From Octopus sinensis (Eukaryota): a stretch of DNA of 64,000 nt. Positions within the stretch are counted from its first letter, which is position 1; the number at the start of each line of letters is the position of its first letter. Location of the stretch: assembly GCF_006345805.1 (NCBI RefSeq), contig NC_042997.1, forward strand, positions 133,796,001 through 133,860,000. Direction: 5' to 3'. The notes beneath the pieces are model-generated. The model was not told where the DNA came from. It ran no database searches and saw nothing but the letters and a program-made list of their open reading frames with translations. Made by a program: the position numbers and the translations under genes. Below are positions 38,766-50,467 of the stretch, one piece after another.

Positions 38766-41051
38766 TGGTGGGGCACAATCTCAGAAGAGAAAGGACTGGC
38801 TGCAGTGGTTGGTGTCAGGATAGGGAGAAGGTAGATATCTTGGGGTAGTTAAAGGTAAAAAGAAGATCAAGTTGAGAGTGCTTGAGTGGAGGTGCCTCTG
38901 AAGAGAAGAAACTGGTGTCGCAATGGTAGAATTGTTAGTACTTCACTCAAAAAACTCAACAGCATTTCATCCATCATTAAACCTTCAAATTCCGCTGAAG
39001 TCCTGGGGCTATATACAATATCAACTGTAAAAGCTTGTTGTATGTATGTGTGTATGTCTGTTTTTGTGTTCTTATTTGTCCCTGTCTCCCATCTGCATCC
39101 CGTGACAACTGTTGTTGGTTTGTTTACATCCTTATAATTTAGCAGTCTTGCAAAAGAGATGACGAAAATTAAGTGACACGGCAAAAAAAAAAGGAACTGA
39201 AGCTGATTGTTCAAATAATTGCTTCAAGACGGTGTCCCAGCATGGCTGCTATCCAGTGACTTGTATCACAAAACCAGGTTTAGTCTAAGACTGGCTGGTT
39301 TGGTATGAAGAGGGCCAACATCAATTTCTAGCCTTTTTGGTGTCTCAAATGAAGTTAACTTGGTTATGAGTATTCAGGGCAGGTTTCTGGTCTGAGGACA
39401 CTGGGATTTTCTCCTTCCCCTGCCATCGGCCTTGGAGACAGCAAAAATCTATGAGCAATGCTGTTTTTCCTTTGACCGTGTTAAGAAATTAATGAAATGA
39501 AGAAATACAGCGTTAGGAAATGAAAATAAGGTGTGACGGTCATGGTTGAATGTTTTCATCATATATTGGGCTGATCAAAGCCGGCCTTGGAGTTAAATAG
39601 CAAAAAAGTGACAGCAACAGTATTTCATCTGAAAAATGTAATCCAACTAACACTTGAGATGGAAAATACAAAAAAGAAGCAGGAGAAAGGGAGAGATAGG
39701 GGTGGGGTGGGGGGAGAATTTTGTGGGAGGATGGAAGACGGGAAAGCTTTGCTTAATTCCTGGTAACGTTTGGTTTATTATTCTTGTTAAGATCTATGTA
39801 TCCACACACACACACACATGTATATACCTCTGCATACATGCATATGCACATGCACACAAGTGTGCATGTGTATATGCATATATACAGAGGTGTACACACA
39901 CACACATTTTAACAATGGAGTCCCATCTGGTCCAAGCAAAACATTATGGCTCACATGCAATGTATTACGTATGTATAAGCATACGTACTAACTAATAGTA
40001 ATGTATGTAGCTACACTTCAGATGTGTGCGTCCACACCTAGCTTCTCTTCCCATTTCCATTCATTCATCACATCTCGTTCATTCAGTCATTCACTCCTTC
40101 ATTCATCTTTCTTACTTTCCTTCTTTTGTTTTCTTGTTCGTTGCCTTACCAGCACAAAGTCTATCAGCGGGTGAGAGCTTTTAATTGACTCCATCAGAGC
40201 CTAGATTTTTAGCCTGCTGAGAAAATGAGTCAGTGTTTTCCATCATCTGCATTTTAGTGAGATAAAGGTTGGGCTTTGCAGTTGTATATGCATGCACACA
40301 CAGCTGCACACGCACACATACACTCATACATAAAGATGTACATTCACTCATGCACATGTACAAATATATACATACATGCAGACCACAAACACTCTCTCTC
40401 TCTCTCTCTGACACACACATGCATATACACACATACACATAGATGTGGAAAGGCATGCACTTATAGACAAACACACAAAAATGAAACATTTACATTTGCA
40501 TAAAAATCAATTTCGTTATGGTCGTATAATTCATAGTATTGATGAGAGACAAATCTACCCCTAGATAAGAAGTTGGTTAATTTTGACTGAAATTCCCAGG
40601 TGATCTGACAGCTATTCTTGAAAGGATGTGATGTATAATATGGTGTTCTTGCTTAGAAATGCCACAGAACACCTGCAATGGATTTGAACTCAGGAATTAC
40701 GTCATCATTTTCATCATCATTATTGTTTTAATGTTCACTCTTTTTATGCTTGTATGAGCCAGATGAAGCTTTTTGAAGCAGATTTTCTATGGCCAGATGC
40801 CCTTCCTGTTGCCAACTCTCCTGTTTACAAGTGAGGTAACAATTCCCCATTGTCGGACCATGTTTCTGAAGAATATTGGAAATGAATGATGCCTTCATGC
40901 AAGTAGTATGCTTTTGTTTCCAGTCTTCCATGAAAACATTGCTATATTTGGAAATAGGTGAGGGTTGGCAACAGGAAGGGCATCTAATCATAAAAACTTC
41001 ACCTCACCAAGCTTCATCAGACCTGTGCAAATATGGAAAAGTGGACATTAA

Positions 41052-41259
41052 CCCTTTCATTACCAACCCGGCTGAAACCGGCTCTGGCTCTGAGTACAAA
41101 TGTCTTGTTTCCATAAGTTTTGAATTAAACTTTAGTCACAGTTTATGGTTCCTAACACTAGCTTAATGATAACCAAGTTATTTTACTAAATTCTTTGTAA
41201 TATTTAAAGTAATTGAAAGAAACACAGAGCATTTCAAAATAAATACAGTAACGAAAGGG
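41052..41259. mobile_element. piggyBac-type MITE
   Basis: TTAA|CCCTTTCATTAC ... GTAACGAAAGGG|TTAA, inserted into the TTAA of a family-B-like tail. Confidence 0.92.
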
Positions 41260-44129
41260 TTAAAGCGGTGATGACATACAAGGTGGTGCTGAAAAGTTCC
41301 TGGCTGTAAAGAGGATCATGAAAGGCCTGTTTGAAAGCCCTTAGAATTACATTAAGGATACATAAGTCTGTGGAATGCTATTCAACCATTTACACAAAAT
41401 GTCAACAGGCAAGTGATGGTGAAACACTGAATCTTCATTGTCAAATGACGGAGATCCGTCATTCCATCAATCAATAGTATTATATAGCATTAGCTAATTC
41501 GAGAACATTAATGAGTAGAGATTTAGCTATGGAGAAGTATAATATATAACAATGTCAAATTGTGTGAAATGTGGAGTTAATTTTATTAATAATATCGTTA
41601 AATTAATTAATGAATGTGTTGCTGTTGTTCCCTTGCCAGAAGTTAATTTGGTTTCCTAATGTTGTTATTAATGTTACTTGAAATTTTCTTTCTAATTAAT
41701 CTGATTTCGGATTTAGCAGAATTAATTAATCTACTTCTAGGGTTAGAGGCAAAGTTCTCTTTATTGGCCCTTAAGTGTTATATACACACACACACTCTCT
41801 CTCTCTCTCTCTCATACACACACACACTGACACAGTGATAGCTACCCCCCCCATATATATATATATATATACATATGCATGTATGTGAAGGGGGTTTAGT
41901 TATCACTGTGTCAGTGTGTGTGTGTGTGTATGATATATATATATGTCCTTGTTTGTCCCCTCTGTGTTTAGCCCCTTGTGGGTAGTAAAGAAATAAATAT
42001 ATATATATATATAAACCCTCCACTATCACCACCACCACCACCACCATCATCATTTGCTTGTTTTATAGGTCGGATAACTTATCACATGTGTACCGTTTTT
42101 CACACACAAGAAAGGAAACCAGTTCTCTTTGGTGTTATGTATGCCATACAGTTTGGAGTAGTTATATCTACCCTGCCACCTACAACTGGAGAAGATGTCA
42201 CATATAAGAGGAACTAAATAGTTATTCCCCACCCCACACTTGTTCTTATTTGCAGTTACTACTCACCTATCCTTAGCCTATGGTTTAAATTTTTCTTAAT
42301 TCCTAAATTACATCCCAACATAGGGAGCAAAACCATCATGCTGCCACAAAATTACAAGGGAAAGAAGTTCCTTGAATTGTTTCTGAATTCCTTTTACTTT
42401 TACCTCAGATAGGAAATGATAGAAGCATATGAGTTTTCCAAACTCAGGTTAGTAATTACAGCATAACTAAGTTCTCCTTTCTTAAGGTGTACATAGATAT
42501 ACTCTCCTACTCATTCAAAATATTTATAAAACTTTAAAAAAACAAAACAAAACAAAACAAAAAAAGTTGTACCAAGTTTCCCTCAAGCAATATGAGGTAC
42601 TCTTTTACTCTTTTACTTGTTTCAGTCATATGACTGTGGCCATGCTGGAGCACTGCCCTTAGTCGAGCAAATGCAAATCGACCCCAGGACTTATTCTTTG
42701 TAAGCCTTGTACTTATTCTAACTGTCTCTTTTGCTGAACTGCTAAGTTACAGGGTACCTTAACATTTCGTTTTTTTTGTCTCTGCAAGACACTTAGCTGT
42801 GAAATTAAAGTCATCATTGGTTATGTTTTCTGATTTCCCTGCAGGTTTTTGGGGAATAGTTTTCTTTTTCTTCTCAACACATGTAACTCGAGCAGCAGGG
42901 GCAATAGCTGCAGATGTAGCAACTGCAGTAGAAATGACAATTGTAGCCAGTGGCAGCTGCACGGCCAATCTTAAGAGCTGCTTTTGCAGTCTCAGCTGGT
43001 GACCAGAATTACTTTTGTTAATAATTTGGTCTGGATAGCAGACTGATGCTATTAATGTTTCACTTATTTTGTGATATGAAGGCGCATGTCTCAGTGGTTA
43101 GAGGATTGAGCTAGTCATGAAGTAGTGAATTTGATTCCCCGACCAGGCTGTGTGTTGTTTACTTGAGCACGGCACTTTATTTCTCATTGCTCCAGTCCAC
43201 TCAAACTGTATTGGTCTTTCCCTTGGATAACATTGGTGGCACAGAAAGGGATGACTGGTATTCATGGGTGACTGGGTATCAAACTGAATCAGCATTGAAT
43301 CAGTGGCAGCAAAATGGCTGTGGCCAAATGGTTTTGTCCATACCTGAGATCACTGCAGATACAGTAAAAAGACACAGAGTAGACACAGCACATCTGTGGG
43401 TCTAAGGATGAAGTGTGTTTGAAATTCATTGTGTGTACTGAAGGGAAAGTAATGAAGTAAAACAGAGAAACTTTTGCTTCAAATATACAACAGTTGATTG
43501 CAAGACTAGCAGCTGAAATTCTGTCACAGATAAACTATTTGATTATGGATTGCAGATAGAAGATAGAGAGCATTGACTTTTTGTGATCATCTTGGTGTGG
43601 GATGGGAGGAAGTGTTGCAAAATAACAATAAGAAACAAGAAAAAAATTACTGAAGGGCAGACATAAACCCCATCATTTTTGATGGGTACCACACTGGTTA
43701 TATGATACATACGCTCACATTCATATATACACACGTGATGAAGAAGTTCCAAACCATGTGGTATCAGGTTCAGTTCCATTCAGCAATTCCTTGGGCAAGT
43801 GTATTCTCCTAGGACCCATGATGACCCAAAGCCTTGTGAATGAATTTAGTAGCCAGAATGTATGTGTATGTATGTGGGTACATGTGTGAATCTCTTTGCA
43901 TTTACCCCAAAATTGCTGAGCTACAAGTAGTGATGTTGCTCCCCCCCCCCACTCCCAACAAATCTGCTGGTTTGTCATTTTTGAAGATTTGTAGAATAAA
44001 GAGATTCCTTATTTTGAAAAAGAAAAAAGTGTTAGCAGCAAAAGTGACACCCAGCTGTAAAATAAAAAGAAACATCAATAATGTAGTCATCTTACCAATG
44101 CTTGAATGAAAAAACTGAGCGATGTTCTG

Positions 44130-45185
44130 CAAGGCACTGTTTTGTGATCATCACTGTGCATAATGGCCCTCTCAGGTTTGCCCTAAGCCACACAGAGAGC
44201 CACGATCACAAGTTATGCAGATGATACAAACATCTCACAGTTGATACAGAACCCTGAAGACACTATGCACATGCAATGTGAGTTGGATGAAATATACAAG
44301 TGGGCTGAGAAGAATAGCGTGCAGTTTAATGCTGTAAATGCCTTGTTAATGCTGTTAATGCCTTGTGCTATCAGCATGCAAAACTAAATGCAATTCTAAT
44401 TAAATACACTGGACCCTGAGGGATTGCAGTCCCAAAGACACCGTCAGTGTGAGACCTAGGAATTTACATGCGTAATGATGCAGCCTTCCATGTGCATGTT
44501 GCTAAGTTGGCAATGAAATGCAAGCAGCTGACCAGATGGATTCTTGGAACATTTAGAACAAGAGATCGGGAAACACGATGGCCACTTTGACTATTGCTCC
44601 CAACCAGTGTAAAATTAATTGTAGAACTTGAGGCAATTCAACGAGGCTACACGAAGAAAATAGCCTCTATGCAGCATATAAACTACTGGAAAAGACTCAA
44701 GATTAAGACCATTCCTTAGAATGCAGGCGAGTAAGATATGCCATAATATACATCTGGAAGATCCTAGAGGGACTTGTCCAAACTTTGGTGTCAAGAGTTA
44801 TGCTAATGCTAGAACAGGGTGTCACTGCATAGTGCCAAGGACCCTGAATTTGCCATCAATATATAGGACAAGATATTGCAACAGCCTGGGCTTTAGAGGA
44901 CCTCAGCTCTTCAATATCCTCCCAAAGGACCTGAGAGACCTACACGGGATGGATGTAGATGTTTTCAAAACAAAACTGGACCTCTTACTGTCAAGTGTCC
45001 CAGATGAAACTACTTCACAGCAGGAAGTGCAGATGAGGGCAGTGGCATCAAACTCCCTCATGCACCAAATGTCAATTTCCAAAAAGAATTAATGAAGTAA
45101 ACTTATGTAGCATCACCAAATGGCAGTGCTCCTGCATGGCCACAGTTCATGAGCTGAACCTAGATAAAATCTAATCAATCAAATC
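44130..45185 (+). mobile_element. 5'-truncated CR1/L2-like LINE (RT C-terminus to 3' end), decayed
   Basis: YADD motif at 44214-44225, followed by LDEIYKWAEKN..FN, DLGI, WILGTFRTRD, ELEAIQR.YTKKI, YWKRLK and RGPQLFNILPKDLR..FKTKLDLLLSSVPDE. The 3' UTR ends in an (AATC)n-like tail. Stops and frameshifts present. Confidence 0.9.
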
Positions 45186-45296
45186 ATGTATATATGTGTT
45201 TGTGTGTTATATCACAAACTCGCACGTTCATGAATTTAGTAAAAGAAATAGAGCTTGTCTTGTAAGAATTATTGTTTTTTTTATAAATATTCTTCA

Positions 45297-45692
45297 TAGA
45301 TGCAGGAGTGGCTGTGTGGTAAGTAGTTTGCCTACCAACCACATGGTTCTGGGTTCAGTCCCACTGCGTGGCACCTTGGACAAGTGTCTTCTGCTATTGC
45401 CTCAGGCCGACCAAAGCCTTGTGAGTGGATTTAGTAGACGGAAACTGAAAGAAGCCCGTCGTATATATGTATATATATGTATGTGTATTTGTTTGTGTAT
45501 GTGTCTGTTCCCCCAACATCGCTTGACAACTGATGCTGGTGTGTTTACATCCCCGTAACTTAGCGATTCAGCAAAAGAGACCGATAGAATAATTACTAGG
45601 CTTACAAAGAATAAGTCCTGGGGTTGATTTGCTTGACTGAAAGGTGGTGCTCTAGCATGGCCGCAGTCAAATGACTGAAACAAGTGAAGAGA
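45297..45692 (+). mobile_element. SINE family A, full length
   Basis: Complete match to the other copies. Confidence 0.92.
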
Positions 45693-46859
45693 AATTAACT
45701 ACTTCTATGACTTTTATTTTTCCTTAGTGGGAAATGGGGTGTGCTCATGGCTATTTTCAGGGTCTTTGTGATTGGTGGGAGGGAAAGAGAGAGAAACTTG
45801 TCTTCAAACGAGATTACATTTAACAGAACGGTCATCATTATCTTTTTACTTGCTTCAGACGTCTTCAGACCTTGAAGAATTTTAGTCAAACGAATTTACT
45901 GCCAGGACTTGTTTTTGTATTGCTTTTCTTTTTTTAAAGCCTGGTACTTGTTCTACTGGTCTGTTTTGCTGAGCTGTAAAGATACGGGGACGTAAACATG
46001 CCAACACCGGTTGTCAAGTATTGGGTGGGAGCAAACGCTCACACACAAGCGACGGCCTTCCTTTAGTTTCTATCTACCAAATCCACCCACAATGCTCCCT
46101 GCTCAGCCTGGGGCTAGAGTAGAAGACACCCAAGTTGCCACGCACTGAGACTGAACCTGGAACCATGTGCTTGGGAAGTAAACTTCTTAACCACACAACC
46201 ACGCCCGTGCCTGTGTGTGAATGCGCATGCGCGCGCACGTGTACACACACCTTGAAAGACCAGATATTTAGCATTAAACCATGCAATGTATTAAGTCTAT
46301 CTCTCATATAGGCTACTGCAGGATTTGAACTCCAGACCAGACTGCAAAGGGCTGGAGCAAACACCGTAAAGCACTACACCACGTCCGACACATTCAACGA
46401 TTTCTCATGCCCACTTTCACGAAGTTGCCCCCCCCCCCCAAAAAAAAATGATAAAAGGTAACAGTGACCTGGGTGTGATTCGAACTCGGAAAGCAAGGAG
46501 CCATAATATATACATACCCGTAAGGCGTCGCTGCCTTGTTTTGTACGGAGTAGTTTGCTTAAATCGCGTTTTTTTGTTCCTCGTATTTTTCATTAAACAG
46601 AAACCTTCGACAGTCACACACGCGCACACACACATTTATAAAATAGTGACAATCATAATAATAATAATAACCCCCCCTTCCCCAGCTCATCATACGTACG
46701 GTAGCGGATTGTTATTATTTTATTAAAGTACTTCAGCACTATCCCCTCGCTTGCCCCTACTGCGTGTAGGCAAGCATTCTTAAACGTTTCCTTAAGTCCC
46801 GCCATCATACCCACTCTGCTTGGTATTCATTCATTAGTTTGCCTTCTCATGTCGTTCAT

Positions 46860-46965
46860 TAGTTTTCTATTGGCAAATGTCAGCTTGCTTGGTTCCTATG
46901 GCAACTGCTCTATCAAGAAAGCGGTCACCTGACCTGCACTCTGATAACAGGTCACTTCCGTGAAC
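46860..46965. promoter_or_regulatory. Promoter/enhancer-like motif cluster: RFX X-box, CCAAT, ETS-like and nuclear-receptor half-sites
   Basis: GTTCCTATGGCAAC (46892-46905) fits the X-box pattern GTHNYY-AT-RRNAAC. ATTGG at 46869-46873, CACTTCCG at 46953-46960, and TGACCT/AGGTCA. Local sequence retains CpGs. Confidence 0.45.
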
Positions 46966-47334
46966 CCACACAAACACGCACGAAACTCACGCACGCACGC
47001 ACGCTCGTACGCATGCATGGACGAATGCATGCGCGCTGCTCCCGCTTTCTCTCTCTCTCTCTGTCTCTTTCTTTCACACAAACATGCACTGGAGCTTGTG
47101 TATTTTTCTCTTGATCACATGAATGCATTTTAGCACACACACACAGAGGAGTCGCTTCATAAATGCTCTCTCCCTCCTCGTACAAATTATACCCTTCCAA
47201 CTCCCTTTCTCATACATACATACATATAAACATACACACACACTTTTCCCTGGATCACATGAATGGTTTGTAGTAGCTCAAATGCCGCACACATTCACAC
47301 TGAAACATGCGTTATTTCATAAATACATGTCCCT

Positions 47335-47380
<46 letters not shown>

Positions 47381-47708
47381 TCCTTTCGTTTCGTTTCGTT
47401 TTTTTCTTTCTTCTTTTTACACACTGTAACATGAATATGTATAAACAATAATAATATTCCAACGCCTAAACTCTCTCACTCGCACAGATGATACACCGAC
47501 TCAGGGACACGCTATACACGCACATACTATTTATTATCACTGTTTCTCTTTCAAAACATACACATACACATTTCTTTTTGCTTTCTTTTAATATGATGTT
47601 CATTTCCACACATGTTATTTACACACATGAGCACACACACACACATTTATACATCCCCTTGCATATTCGTTCTCCTTCTTTCAAAAGTACCTACACACAT
47701 ACACACGC

Positions 47709-47742
<34 letters not shown>

Positions 47743-48619
47743 ATAATGGTGTGTGCTAATGTTTATATATATATGTGTGTGTGTGTATAATGGTGTGTGC
47801 TAATGTTTATATATATATGTGTATATATACACTCGCGCGCGCAATGGTACTCAAATTATTGTACTGACTGTTTCTCTCATCATTTTACCCCCGTTTCTCT
47901 TCCCTCACATATGCACTCGTAAATAACACACACACACTCTCTCTCTCACCCCTTTTTAAGTCTTAACAGTTTCACACATAAACATTAGCACACACCCTTA
48001 TTTCGTTCATCACACACACACACACACCTATCCATATAACATGTACTCTGAACATAAAAATCCTCATGCCCGCCGCTCCTACCACACTCGTTCTCTCTCT
48101 CTCTCTCTCTCTCTCTGTATCTCCTACCCCTTACAACCACACACACACATACTCTCTTTCCCCATTTCTCCTTCTTTCTCTACTTCCACTTTCCCCCTCA
48201 TACCAATCTTCTACACAGCCTTGCTTCCTCACCTCCTCCTTTCCCCCACTCACCCCCGAGGAAGAAATTTCTCTGCTGTAACTACGATAACCCAATTCTT
48301 GTAAAACCTGCAGCGTTCGGCACTGGTTGGTTATACACACATATGATGGATGCCTTCTTTCTCCACATCCCTCCTTCCAAAAATCTCAAGTCCACACAAC
48401 ACCCCCTCTCCCCCTCTCTGTATCTCTCTCTCAATCTACCCTATTATACACTCTCTTTGGCAAATTCTTTCCATTTTCTTCATTGTTTCTCTTACTTTCA
48501 CCATTAGTTTCTTTCCTTTATTTTCTTCTTTATCACCACATTGTTTTCGTGCCTTTTCTCTTTCGCCTTCTTCTTTTACAGGAATTCTTACCGTCATCTC
48601 ACTCTCTCTCTCTGTCACA

Positions 48620-48785
48620 TCTATCTATCTATCTGTCTATCTATCTATCTCTATCTATCTGTCTATCCATCCATCTGTCTATCCATCCATCTATGTATCT
48701 ATCTATCTATCTATCCATCTATCTATCTATCTATCTCTATCTATCTGTCTATCCATCTATCTATCTATCTATCTATCTGTCTATC

Positions 48786-48860
<75 letters not shown>
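48620..48860. repeat. (ATCT)n microsatellite within a ~2-kb pyrimidine-rich tract
   Basis: Directly visible. Confidence 0.95.
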
Positions 48861-48861
<1 letters not shown>

Positions 48862-50376
48862 CACACACACAAACACAATCATTCTTCCAACTACTATAGA
48901 TTCTTACCATCCCACATTCGTATATCTTTCTCATAATCCTTCTGCCAACATTCAGTCTTGGCCCACCCCCCATCCATCCCCAATCTCCATCTCCCTCACA
49001 CACATACTAAATCTTACCTTGCCTGCCCTCACCACCTTCCACCTCATCACTGTTATTTCTGTGTTTTGTCCACCCCGAATCGTTTAAATTTCTAAACCAT
49101 ATTTCACTACTCCATACATACTGTTTTACAAAGTTATTTACTTTATCTTGCTTTCTCTTTTGTCTTCTTCTTCTCTCTCTCTCTCTCTCTCTTTCTCCCT
49201 ATTCTTTATTCTACTCTCGTTGCTTTTATTCATTCTGCTCCCTTCTGTTCTTCCTCACTCAACCAAATCTTTCCTCCCCCTCTCACTTGTCCTTCTCTTC
49301 TCTCCTCCCACTTTCACTCGACCGTATTTCCCCCCCGCCATATCTCACTCGAACCTTTATTCCTTCCCTCTCACTCAACTCTGCCTCCTTTTCCTTGTAC
49401 TGAAAAACCCTCCGTTTCCCTACTATCAACGAATCCTGATTTCCTCCTCTATTTCTCTTGCAACCCTTATTTGTTTCCCCCCACCCCCCCGCGTCAATCT
49501 TCTCTTACTTCCTCTTCTCTCTCCCAGCCATCTTTTACTTATCTCAACTCTGACTTTTCCCCTCTTTATTTTTACTCTGTCCCGTCTTTTCCCTTCTATC
49601 TCTTGTCGAATAGTGGTGGTGGTGGTGGTGGGGGACCTTATCCTTTCTATCCCTCCATCATGTCAGGAGTACGTTTCTCTTCATACTTCACACTCCGCTT
49701 TCAGTTTCCTCTCCCCATTCATTCACTTCGTAGTTTTAACCGTATCTCTCTCTTACTTTTGTATCTCACCCTCTCTCGTGCATATCTATTAGTTTTCTCT
49801 CTCGTTTTCTTCCCAAATTATTTGTACACACACTCGTGCGCACTTTTCTTCCTTACTTTATACACACATGCATAAACATTTATCATCTTTTTCGACACAT
49901 ACTCCTCTTCTACACACACACACACACACACATCTGCGCCTTCAGCCTCACTTATACGTATGCATACGCACGTTTGTATCCGCATTCATACACACCACTC
50001 TTCACAGGCATGCACCTTTCTCCTATAAATTAAAGGGGAAAAAAAAATTCTGTTTCTTTCCCCTTGTGACACATTCCAAGGAATGCGAAAGAACACACTG
50101 CATCTTTTGAATGAGGAGTTTTTAACTGTTTCTATTAGAGACGAGGAAATATGTTGGTATCGAGTTGAAATAAAAATTGCTCGACCAAGACTCGAAACTG
50201 TCGCGCGCGCGTGTGTACACACACACACACACAACTTTCGTGTAGTTTCTGCCATTGTACAGTTCATTTTCTCATTTCGTGAATGCCGCTACATCACAAT
50301 TTTTTTCCCTTCTTTTTTTTTTTGTTCACAAAAGAAACAAATTCAGCAAGAAAGGGAATTTTTTTTTTTACTCCAG

Positions 50377-50467
50377 TGGTTCCTTGGATAGGAGGTCACG
50401 ATCTACACCGAGTCGTAACATTATCGTTGTGAGAACTGCTGAGACCCCAAAAGTCTTTCACTTTTGA
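50377..50467 (+). CDS. Candidate terminal coding exon: GSLDRRSRSTPSRNIIVVRTAETPKVFHF*
   Basis: Acceptor tttttttttactccAG (50375-50376), phase 2, protein-like unique sequence up to TGA. No recognised homology. Confidence 0.3.

Noticed and set aside
48327-49875. Long Leu/Ser/Phe-rich ORFs resembling membrane proteins
   Set aside because: They arise from (ATCT)n and a pyrimidine-rich low-complexity tract that lacks stop codons.
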